Below, one piece after another: positions 1-10,819 of a stretch of 30,499 bases of DNA. The translations under genes and the position numbers were made by a program. The DNA is from Catajapyx aquilonaris (Eukaryota), in NCBI GenBank assembly GCA_000934665.2, contig KZ538026.1, positions 124,001 through 154,499 of the forward strand, in the 5' to 3' direction. Under the pieces are notes generated by a model that saw only the letters and a program-made list of their open reading frames with translations, was not told the DNA's origin and did no database searches. Each line of letters begins with the position of its first letter. Positions within the stretch are counted from its first letter, which is position 1.

Positions 1-2029
1 CAGATTTTCAGCCTCTATAGAGAAAACCGCAATTCTGTGCGAAAGGTGTATGGATTTCAAATTCGGCTTAGTTTTGTTCTCGAAAACTTCAAATCCGGAG
101 CAACTCCTGAAGTATCGGTGCTTGAGTAATGGTTTTTCGAGGCAGCCGCTTGAACAAAAGCCGTTAAAAAAAATAATTCCAACTCTTATCTTCTATACAG
201 CACTATAGAAAGTAGGTTGAGAACAAGTCCGGGTCACGCCCTGTTTCGGACTTATATGTACAAACGGGTTTTAATGCCCGGATTTTCAGTACCGGGCCGT
301 GATTTCACGTCACCTGCTATCTGTGACGTCAGAAGCGCGGTTGTCGCCCGTAAAAACTAGACCCGCCGTTATCTGCTGCTTATGGCCGCGTAAAATAATT
401 AATCTCTGACGGCGATGACTTCCCTTAAATGGGGAGGAAACACCCAATTTTAGTGACGGTCCCCTGTGATTACAGGGTTCTTCGTTTCTTGGGTTGATAG
501 ACGGAGATCCGAAAACCCTGGCAGTGACGAATTGAGACAATTTGCGAAAAAGATACACTGCTTAGTCTTCTCTCTCTGAAGACTTGCAAAAAGTGGGGAG
601 GAGGAAAAGACTATAAGTTTTAATGAGGAGATGTAAGGAAAGAGACGCCTTTCATTTCTCCCCGGGCTCGACAGAAGCGCCGAAAACTTTCAGACTGCCT
701 GTCTCGGCTGGCACGTCATGTTCGCAACCTATTTCTCCACGCAAAGTGGCAGCGGCGCACAATTTGTTCAAGCGGACCCTTAATCCTCTTCCGCCATTTT
801 CGACGCCAAAAAATGTGGCCGTGGAATTTTGCAATATTACATCTAGGAGAAAAAATATGTTTCAAGATTCTTCTCGAAAAAAAAGTAATTTTCTAGGGAC
901 ACTTGATGTGTTGCCGGGGCACCCAAATTTGACGGGTCCGCTTATTGATAAATAACGATTCTATTCATCGATTGCCTTTGTCAATTTCAATTAACGTTGC
1001 CCTGATTCACATACCGTTTTTTTTGGTATGTGAGGAAAAGACGAGACGTATAGGAAATTGCATCCTCCATTTTTTTCTCACTCTCCAACGTTATCACTCA
1101 GCCAACCCAACCCTTGCTTGTCTCCCTGGCAGCAGAATCCTCTTCCAGTTTCCTCTCCGACATCCAATTTGATCCCTCCTCTAACTTTCCTGACGCCTCT
1201 GGACAACGCCACACTTTGCAAAAGAAAAAAAAGAAGTTTTGCGACAATACACCTCCTTTGAAAACATCTAGCACGACCATTACCGAAGTGCTGCTCGTTG
1301 CAAATGTCCTGAACAAATGTCGCTAACGTTAACCCCCCCAAAAAATTCAACCTTTTTTTTTTGCCCGAAGAAGGTTTTATTCCCCTCTGGGTACCAACGA
1401 GAGCAAGGTCAACAGCAGCGCTTGTGCTTCAAGTATCGAGAAACACATTAAAAGTTAAGGGCTGGCAAGTTTTACGACACCGACTCCGGCGTCACCTTCC
1501 TATACACACGTCCCCCTCCTCCTCCTGCAGCACCCTTTATTCTCCAGGCATCAGACTTGAGTAAGAGCTTTTCTCCGATTGGTCCCCCCCATGCTGCATG
1601 CACAAACCAAAGGCTCTAAACTCGGACAGAAACGACTGCTATAAGTGGTTCAGGATGACATCTGCGACTATGAGAAGCCATTCAGATGTCAGATTCATCC
1701 AAGGCGAGCCTTTCTCTTGTGTCTCTCTCCGACTCCGATTTTCCATTTTGCATATCCAAATCGCTTTTCCCGCGCTTTGTGACAGACCGTTATTTGTCAA
1801 GACGAGAGAAAACTACTGATTACACTTCTGGGGGAGGGGGAGAAAAGGCGAGAGAAAATATCCGGGGAAGCTCGTTTCTTGCCGAATGTACAGGGTGTTC
1901 CAACCGAATATTACTCTGGTTTGGAAAGGTCAGAGGAAAGCATTCGTGTACCTAATTTTTTGCTGCATATCTTGGCTGTGCCTCCGATTGTCCGCGGTGA
2001 GTCATCAATAGCGCGCAGACAGGGAGCAT

Positions 2030-2057
2030 GCGCCATCTATGTGAGACACGCGGTACT
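2030..2057 (-). promoter_or_regulatory. CTCF-like insulator motif (core + upstream module)
   Basis: Plus strand GCGCCATCTATGTG-N8-GGTACT. The reverse complement core ...ATAGATGGCGC resembles the CTCF consensus CCASYAGRKGGCRS. Confidence 0.5.
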
Positions 2058-2064
2058 TTCAGGG

Positions 2065-2103
2065 CAGTGTTGCCAAGTTTTCGGCAATGAATTGGCTCAT
2101 TAG
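2065..2103 (+). mobile_element. Decayed DNA-transposon/MITE terminus (CAGTGTTGCCAA type)
   Basis: CAGTGTTGCCAAGTTTTCGGCAATGAATTGGCTCATTAG aligns by hand at 29/39 columns with the reverse complement of 9223-9259. Confidence 0.45.
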
Positions 2104-3051
2104 AAAGATTAAATTTTATAAGGGCCTAAAGCCAAAAATCTTGACCATTCCGATAAGTATAAGAGGCTACTGCTAATACCGATGGCGAAATTGGATCCAG
2201 CACTATTAAAAAGTTGTGCCAAATGCCTTCTATTGCGCCTTAATTGCTTGCGATCTCCTCAGTTACACCTTCCTAACTGCACATAAACGCGATGAGGCTT
2301 GAAAAAAGAGGGTCAGATCCAACGTGCGAGGATCTCTCACTGATGGAGCCCATTAACTAATGAGGCAGAGGAGGGGGGGGGGAGCCCTTAATGAGCCCCC
2401 GGTATCGGGTCTCTGGAGCGCTTACTCTCGATTCCTAGCCTGGCATCCAGCAGAAGAAATGTGGCCTAATTGGTCACCAACACCTCGTCCTGGGTGCAAT
2501 TTGCGCTGGAGAAACTTCAGGAGGGATTCTAGGATCAAATAAAACTCCGACGTTCCCGAGCACATTACTCTTTTGGCCTCTCCGGTAATCTGGAAATACG
2601 AAGAGGCTATAGAAGAAATCGCGTTTCTTACGCAAAAGATAAGGAATCACGATTGGGGGAACTAAATTTCGCAAGATATTTGCATTCAGTTGGTCATGCG
2701 CAGGCTACATCTGTAGAGACAAACAAGCAAATTCGATCCCTTTTCATGATTGTAGCTAGATAAATATTTTTTCGCTGGCCGTACCATTTCGTTCAGTTTG
2801 CACAACATACTGCGAGGCACGTATCTTCACTTTACAATTTTCTGCAACTATATAGAGACTTCTTGTACCTTGTACAACCTTGAAGAATATTGCAAGAAGA
2901 GTATGGTTGGATGGAGGTGCAAGGAAAGGCAATATTGCCAGGAGGCGCAGACGACATTGCTTAATATCGAATTGAATTTATTTGCAATTCTTTGTGTGCG
3001 CTTTTCTCCCACCCCACCCACCCTCCCTTCTTCTCATTCTAGAAAAAGGGA

Positions 3052-3081
3052 AAGAAGAAGAAGAAGAAGAAGAAGAAGAAG
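3052..3081 (+). repeat. (AAG)10 microsatellite
   Basis: Ten perfect AAG units. Confidence 0.95.
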
Positions 3082-4435
3082 CTTGCAAGGTTTAATATAC
3101 CAAGCTCCGCGATAACAATAAGCCGGAGGCGGGATTTTGGGAGCTTGTTTATGGTACGGGAGCTCTCATGACGTTTCTTCTGTTAATAAAAAAAATCTCG
3201 AGGCAACAAAAAAAAGGAAAATGGAATTCCTTCTCTTCTCTTTTTTATTTTATTTTTTCTCTTCCTTTGTTCAGTAGACTCTGGGTGTGTGAAAAAACAC
3301 GGCTGGAAATTAATTTTCATGACTCCAAGGTACTCCGGAGAACTGGGTCCCGTAACTCAAGTGTGTTGGCAAAGTTTATGTGCCACTTCCGCTTCTCGTG
3401 TGTCCAAAAAGTCAGTGCGAACAAAATTTGCATTAATTTCCGCGAGTCTCATGCGCAAAAGCAAATTCTCAACTTATTTATTCGCGTCACAAACAAGTAC
3501 GCCAAGAAAGATAATATATTTATTCGTGCGCTTCAAACATGGCTGGAACAACAATGACGTTACATATTTTTAACAAAATTCCATGGCGGTTCACTAACTT
3601 GTTATGATTCAACAAAAGGGTTGCTGGGGTAAACAACCCTCTTCTCCTACTTCTGTTGGATCAATGGACTTGGGCAGTGCATCACACAGTACAGTTCAGC
3701 CAAAAAAAATTTGGGGGGGCAGCCAGCAATGCTTTTATAGGAGCAAGTTCCAGTTGTTTGGAGGACTGTATATAAAACCGTTAAAATTTATCATTCCTAT
3801 AAGTGCACTAACGGAGGCAAAGTTTGCAATTGCAGCTATTCCGTTTGCTAACTGCTCGCCTCATAATTAGTATCGCTTTATTACTCGCTTCTTTATGAAG
3901 CCTACTGGGAATATTCACTATTACAGCATCTCCCTCAAGAACAATCTACTCCCAACTTGTAAGACATCTTTAAGAAAGGACTGAAATTGTTACACCAAAA
4001 TATTCCACCTTACTTGAAACACATTCTAGTTTGCCACAAGGCTGCTCCATCAGTTGGCATATAGGATCCGATCCGTCTTTCTTTTTCATAGGGCTTAAAA
4101 CCAGGCTTTCCCGGATGCCTCGTTCATTACTTTCCTCCCTTGATTGAAAACCATTGGGGGGGAGGCCATCCATCCGGATGTTCCGACCGATATAGCACAC
4201 GTTTCAGGCCAAGGTGACTCGGACGCATCTAGACTAATGAAGGAGGGGAAAAAAGGACCAGAAAGTTTCCCCCTTTGCCACACACACACTCGCTCGGTCA
4301 CCATCAGATCTGCATCGGGCGACGGCCTCCTTCCATTCGGTGTAATGAAATTCCCAGAATGGCTCTGGGTGAAAAATCTTATCTCGAGGGGTGGGGAATT
4401 CTGGCCCCATTTCCCAAGCCATGTGTCTCCTAACA

Positions 4436-4504
4436 CAGGGTGGTCCAGGGAGTGCTAATTTAGCTGATTTCCATTCTCGGCGAAGATGTGTGTGGACCAC
4501 CCTG
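4436..4504. mobile_element. Tiny MITE-like element / hairpin with CAGGGTG termini (Tc1/mariner-type ends)
   Basis: Perfect 14-bp inverted repeat CACAGGGTGGTCCA (4434-4447) / TGGACCACCCTGTG (4493-4506) around a 45-nt spacer. Flanks are CA/TG, not TA/TA. Confidence 0.55.
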
Positions 4505-6019
4505 TGGAGTTGGCTGGGTGATCTTGAGGCAGCCAAGAGGATTCCGTTGATTTTCCATGGACTAGTTCCAACCCCTCCTCTAATTGCCAGATGGAAGTCG
4601 ATTCTTCACGCCCAGAGTACGGTGAAAGGAGAAACAGATCATTAGTCTGCTACTTTTCCGCTCCTGACTTTGCACGCTAGCTCGCACACTATGCGGACGG
4701 ATAAGGGCTCCAGAGGCACAATATCAATCCTTCTCTTACTCTGCTGGTGGAGTCCTCAAATCCTCCTTCCCCATCCCTTCAACTTGCGCCTCAAAAGACG
4801 ATGAATAGGGAACGATTCTTTCAGGTCGAACAATCCGAGCCTGGCAATAATAATGAAATTGCACCCTTGCAGGAGTGTGCCAAGATTTGCTTTTGAAGAG
4901 AGCTTATAACAATGCTCCAAGGAGATACTTGTCCGAACATTTTTTTTGGCCCACCCGGTTTCCCACAAAAATTAAAGAGGTGCTTGGGCTTGCTGCTTTT
5001 TCGTTTTCCAACTTCCTTGAGTCGAATCGACCTGTACCTATAAGACTGCTCTCTCTCAGGCTGGCGGCTCCACTAGCAAAAGCAGCCTGCTGCTGACAAC
5101 ATGCCCGAGGCCAAGCAAAAGCGGCCAAACAACCGCTGCATCAGATGGGAGATAACACCCACCCCCACCCTCCACCACTTTCTGAGGTATTCGGTTTGTA
5201 TACACACTTTAGACTGTGCAGCAGCCAGCGAGAGAGATAGTCCCCCCGGTCGGAATTAACTCTTCCAAATAGACCTCCATTCTCAAAGCGTTGCTATCGG
5301 AGACATCAAGTTGGCGTTATGTCTACAAAATTGACATATATTGACTGTGCAATGCAATCTGGGGGTATGTTTAACTCCAGCATTTTCCATTTTGCAGTCA
5401 TACAACCGGAATGCAATTAGGATTTTCGAAATCGAATTAATAATCCCGCGACATCGCAAGCCTGAACACAAACCGAATCATTCAGCAGAATCTTGAATAA
5501 TATTGCAAACAAGCTTTTCTTCGCACTAGCTCCAGCTTCTCCTTGCATTTGACACATCCCTCAGACCACACCAAGGCTGCGCTTGTGTTAGTTAGCAGCA
5601 GAAGCAGCAGCCAGCAAATACAAATTGGAAACTCTGCTGCATAGGACTGATAAGTAGCCCAATGCGGCAAGGCGCGTCTGGAGGAAAACCGGCTTAATGT
5701 ATATTATTCGCGACTTTGCTCAAAGATAAAACCATCGATTCCGCAGATTTGCTGTGCTAACTAGCTGTATTATGCAGGCACTCATCATTCTCGCAAATGT
5801 TTGCAGGCGAAAACAGCACGCTTTGGAGCTAATTCGCACTGTCGCTTTTATTTTTGAAGCAAGTGAGCTGTTCTAATAACATGCTCTATTTACTATTTTT
5901 TTGAAATAATTTTCACCTAGGTTGTTTTTAAGTATGCGGAAGATACACGTGTGTGCTTGCAAAAAAAAGGGTATGTGAATGCGCCATTTTGTCCAGTCCG
6001 TCGCATTTTTTGGGCTAGT

Positions 6020-6021
6020 GA

Positions 6022-6046
<25 letters not shown>
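6020..6046 (+). repeat. (GA)13 microsatellite
   Basis: Perfect GA run. Confidence 0.95.
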
Positions 6047-6052
<6 letters not shown>

Positions 6053-8965
6053 AAGTAGTGTAACGCCTTTTACGAGGTGCAAGATGCGGACCATAAAACG
6101 GTGCTGCAACCACTTGCGCTCGGATAAGCAGCTTGCAGTTTTCCTCGGCAGTTACGTCCCTTAGAATTGGTCGTGCCCCGCAAAAATATGGATATATTTG
6201 CCAGGCAATCATGACCCCGTAAAAGAGTATATAGGGGGTGCGTGCGGTACATAAACCGCAATTAACTTTAATAAATGGTTAACTCTTTTTTTTCGCAGTG
6301 CATTAAACGCCCACTTTTGGCTCCCTGAAACAATGTAATCAGACGCGAAATAACACGCGCAATTTTTTTTAACGCTACATCACACTGCATGCCCCCCCCC
6401 CCAAAAAAAAGAGAGAAAAAAGAGAGATGACCGCAACCGCCGAAAATAATTGCGAACGAGAGCAATAAGTGAGGGTGGTTTACTGTGATGCGATAGAGGC
6501 GGTCGTCCTCACGCCGATGTTACAAGTGAATCACGTCACAAAATGCGATTTCCGTCTGCTGTGAATTGAGCCCTAGGATTTAGCCCCCCCGGAACTAACA
6601 CGCATGGAATGTTACATAAAAAAAACCGCCGCACTTCCGATGGTCGATACAAAGTAATTGCTTCCAACCGAATTACCTCAGTCTTTCTCCTGCCTTCAAA
6701 AAAACAAAAAAGACACGAGAGATAGTACAGAGTTGTATGAAACGTTTTTTTTTTCATGGGGAGGAAAAATTGTCATTTGCTCATTATTGTCGTCTTATTA
6801 CTATTGATGAAATTCATTTAAAATATTATTATATAATCTGTACAGTATGTGGAGTTGGGTCAACCTAGATGGTTTCAATATGCATTATTTTTCGATCGGA
6901 TTTTATCACCAGAATGTTGTGATATCCGGCGACGTCAGACCTTAACTGTTTTGGCTGAGGTCCAACCCTTCTCCAGCAGCCATTTTGTCCTCCCCTTGTC
7001 CTCCCCCCCCTCTCCCCCCTCCAAACCCTGCAGACGCCACTGCAGATGAAAAATGCTGCTGGAATGGCCAACTTCGTAAGAGGGGAACGTTCAGAAGCCA
7101 ACAGAATATAATATAGAGAAAAAAAAGATAAGAAAAGGGCATTTCTCTCCAGAGTGTCCACCTTTTCAATGGAGCTTATCTTCCTGCGTTCTGAACTACA
7201 TTTTTTTTTTTTTAAAAAAAAGATGGTGGTGAGGCGCTTATTTTTTTATTTACTGGTGCTGAACTGTTTCTGGGAGCTCGGATATTTTGGAGGATCGCTT
7301 GGAAGTTAGCTTTATACAGCACTTGTTGGCTTATCGCCCGAAAATTAAATTGGCGCATTTTCGCTTATGGCGTGTACAGGGTGGCGCGTAAACTTTTAGA
7401 TCGATTTTTTTTTGTTCAATGAGAATTACTTTGTGTGACGAGCCAAGTTGATTCCATTGTCTTCAGACGAATGCATTTTGGGCAATGTAATTATTTTACT
7501 TATGCAGCCCACGCCTGCTCTCACATGACACAATGCAAAAGTAGCCCATTGCGTGTCCGTTTCCGAATCTTGTTCTCGTGTAAGGCTCGTAATAAACGTT
7601 TATCTTTAAGGATTTATGACGAGGGGTCACAGACGTAGAACCGGCGTAATTCGCATTACACGGACCCCTGTTCGAAAGAGTGTTTTACAAGTACTGGCGG
7701 CACTTAATTTGCCACCGTGGTTGAACACGTTACTTGCAGAGACTGAGCATGAACCGCAGGCATGTGCGAGAGCACAGATAGTAAAAAAAAAAAATTATGC
7801 CAATATATTTCTACCCCAAAAAGAGGAGAAAGTTTGCAAAAATTCCGTTTTCAGTTCAATACAGATTCGTGTACAAGGCTGCCCGATATATCCTGACCTC
7901 CATTCTGTCGCACTTAAAACCCAAATGAAGCCTAATTCAAAACTAATTTCTGGCAGAGACTTGCCACTCCCCTCCCCCCCCTCCCTTCCATAAGCAAGCA
8001 GGCTAGCTATTTAATTAGCAGTCAAATTGCCAAGCCGACTGTCAGTTGTTTGCAGTGAAGGCGGCGGAAGCTTATGTCAAGCGAGTTCAATATCGGCAAC
8101 TTGCACTGGAGATAGAGAAACCCCCCCTTTGCTCACAGAGAGCTGGAAGTATAAGAAGTTGCAACAATCTGAAAGAGAATCAACCCAAAAGATTGCAACA
8201 ATGGGACCGATTTTTTTTGCAGGTTGGCCCACCCATCCCACGCACTGATGAAGAGGCTAATTGTGCAACGAGGGGGTATATATACAGCAGGACTCCAAAT
8301 CAACTTGATGCTCTGAAATCAACTCAGTGTATACGTATACCCTCTGCTGCAGCTCAAAAGGTTGCGGGGAAAGTTGCCTGCTTTGACATCGAGTCTAGCA
8401 ATTAAAATTAGGCTTTCGCGGAAAAAGCGAAGGACTTTTTCGCAACATGCTTCGCTGAAGAGTGCGGGGGGGAACTCAAAGTGAGTGGGGGAAAAGGAGC
8501 ATTGGGGTGTAATACATTTGTCCACTTTTGAAAGAGGGTCCAGAGAGAAGAAGAATTATCTCCAGGAAAAAAAATGGCGTGGGATTTTTTTTGTCAGTCG
8601 CCTGCAAAAATATTAGCTTTGTAGCATTTATATTCACTTCACAAATTCTAGACGTTTGATACATTATGTAACTACTTCTGAGAATTCTAGTCACTACCGA
8701 TAGCGCAGGAAAGCATGTAATATGACATGTAATATTATTTGACACATGATGAGTCCAATTTTGAACATGTCGTTTCTCTCTAAAAACCATTTTTGCGACG
8801 CAAAACCAGCCCGCTAGAAAAAAAAGTGTGTCGCGAATTTCACTTTGCTCGAATTTCCCCCTTTTCCCTTGAAGCGCTTGGCACAGGAATTTCCAACACG
8901 ACAATTGATTCTCAAATGTGCGCTGCCGGAGAAAATCCGCGAATCTATCGATCAGTCCGAGGTCT

Positions 8966-8989
8966 GGGTGGGTGGGTGGGTGGGTTGGG
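8966..8989 (+). other. G-quadruplex-forming motif (GGGT)5-T-GGG
   Basis: GGGTGGGTGGGTGGGTGGGTTGGG has six G3 tracts with 1-2 nt loops. Confidence 0.7.
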
Positions 8990-9222
8990 ATGGAACCGGG
9001 TTGAGAGGAGGGGGGGGGGGGTGAGATTACTGATGGAAGAGGATGAGATGGGGGGTAAGAGTAGGTAAAAAAAATCAGCATAATTCCGATATTTTAAATA
9101 TACAATATCTGGCATTTGAAATCAAAATAAAGGAAGCCGTTACCGTGAATATTAGATGAGAGGTAATCTTCCAGGTAGCTATGGGTTACTCAGCTCTGAG
9201 GATATTTGTGATTTATATTAAA

Positions 9223-9259
9223 CTAGTGGCGAACCCGATGCCAAAATTTGACAACACTG
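9223..9259 (-). mobile_element. Decayed DNA-transposon/MITE terminus (CAGTGTTG type), inverted relative to 2065
   Basis: Reverse complement is CAGTGTTGTCAAATTTTGGCATCGGGTTCGCCACTAG, related to 2065-2103. Confidence 0.45.
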
Positions 9260-9868
9260 CGTGGCCCACCCCCAACTTGGATGTAGTTCGATAGGCCACT
9301 GCCAGTTGGCGCACAGGCTCCTTATCTGCACACTACTGCTGCCCTCAGCGGGCACGTTGGTGATGAGTCAATACGCGGACAAAGTCCACCAGGGTGCAAT
9401 ACTTTCCCTGCTTACTACTTTTCCTGTTCAACAATTAGAGGACAGATTTGAAAGTTATGGCAGCTTTTGTTTATAGTGTGAATCACTGATTGTGAATGAT
9501 TGCAATTAGTATTGAGTTGAATAAAATTATTGGTACATTTTCATCCCACTTTAGAAAAAAGGAGAGTCTTTCTCAGTGAGGCAGCTACTCCTTCAGCAGC
9601 ATCTCCCAGAGTGACTCTCCTCCCTAATCGTCCTCCGTGTCTTTTCCTCCCACTTGCGACATCACTCACCCGACACTCTGACAGTTTGGTGGACTCCAAC
9701 GCGACCTCCCGTCGCCGTCGGGAACCAGCGTTGCCAAAACTCACCTTTACACTTTTTTTTATAGACCTATAGAAGAAAATAGCAGGAGGCCAGCATTATC
9801 TTGCCCATGGCTATCGGATAAGTGCAGCTGGAGAGAGAGAGAAAAAGGAGCTGGGTTCTATCTCTCTA

Positions 9869-9931
9869 CAGGGTGATAAGGCCTGCGGTTCTAAGGTTTT
9901 ATTTATGTCCTGGAGAGACATGGCCGCCCTG
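9869..9931. mobile_element. Tiny MITE-like element with CAGGG(T/C)G termini and TA flanks
   Basis: TA|CAGGGTG (9867-9875) ... CGCCCTG|TA (9925-9933), 63 bp. TA on both sides fits a Tc1/mariner target-site duplication. Confidence 0.45.
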
Positions 9932-10802
9932 TAGATGGCCGTTGGAGTCGTGTAAAACCGTGCTCCTTTAGCTGCCTAAATCTACTTCAGAGACTTCCGC
10001 CGTCTCCCAGGGTGTCATTCTCCAGCCCGAGGCTTCCGGTCTTATTCCTTTCCCATTACATTTTCCAGCCTGGAGGAAAAGGGGCGCAGGCTGATTGGCC
10101 GGGACTGGAAAGGACACCTTTTCCTTCCGAATCATCGTCCAGTGGTGAGCAGTTACAGGTGACACACGTTGCTATAAACTGATGCAACACGGCCTGTGTC
10201 TCCAAAATATACAGGCAAGACTATCGGAGAGCACATTGGCCGCAAAAATAATATTGGCAGACATTTTCAGCTGCGAATAAGGCGGAAAAAATAATAATGG
10301 CTACTGGCATTTTATTAAAAGGCTGAAAAATGACTCTGGGGATTTCACCGAATGCAAAAGTCCTTTTCATCTGTGGATGCAAGCCGTATATCGGGAAATG
10401 AGCACAAAAACCCGAAACAAAGGGAACTGCGTAGCATTTGATAAAAAAAAGAGAGCCCATACATATTTTTGGTATACGTAGAGAGCAATATGCGGCCTTG
10501 CGCATTGAAAATGGTCTGCGTACAATTGCAAATGTGGACAGAACTAGTTAGCTTCCTGGCTGGGTTCCAAAAAAAATAATAAATTAAAAAGAGAGACGGG
10601 AATCATGCGACATGACATTAACACAGCAAGAGTGATGTTATCACTCCTCATTTCCAATTAGTTCCCTTCCAACATTGATCTGGTTTTCTTTCCATCTGTT
10701 TGAACAGTCATGCAGCTACCTAATTCGAGCAATTACCAAACCTGGTTCTCCGGCGCAAAGTAACCTGCAGGTTATAGGTTTTGAGAGCGAGAGAGAGTCC
10801 AC

Positions 10803-10819
10803 AGAGAGAGAGAGAGAGA
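10803..10819 (+). repeat. (AG)8 microsatellite
   Basis: Perfect AG run, preceded by an imperfect GA tract at about 10783-10797. Confidence 0.9.

Noticed and set aside
8476..9081. Longest tracked ORF (201 aa, minus strand)
   Set aside because: It runs through C/G homopolymers, the GGGT repeat and A/T runs. There is no recognisable domain, so it is likely a chance ORF in intron sequence.
2065..9259. Inverted CAGTGTTG ends 7.2 kb apart as one intact DNA transposon
   Set aside because: There is no target-site duplication (TTTCAGGG vs CGTGGCCC), only 29/39 identity, and no transposase ORF between them. They are treated as independent relics.
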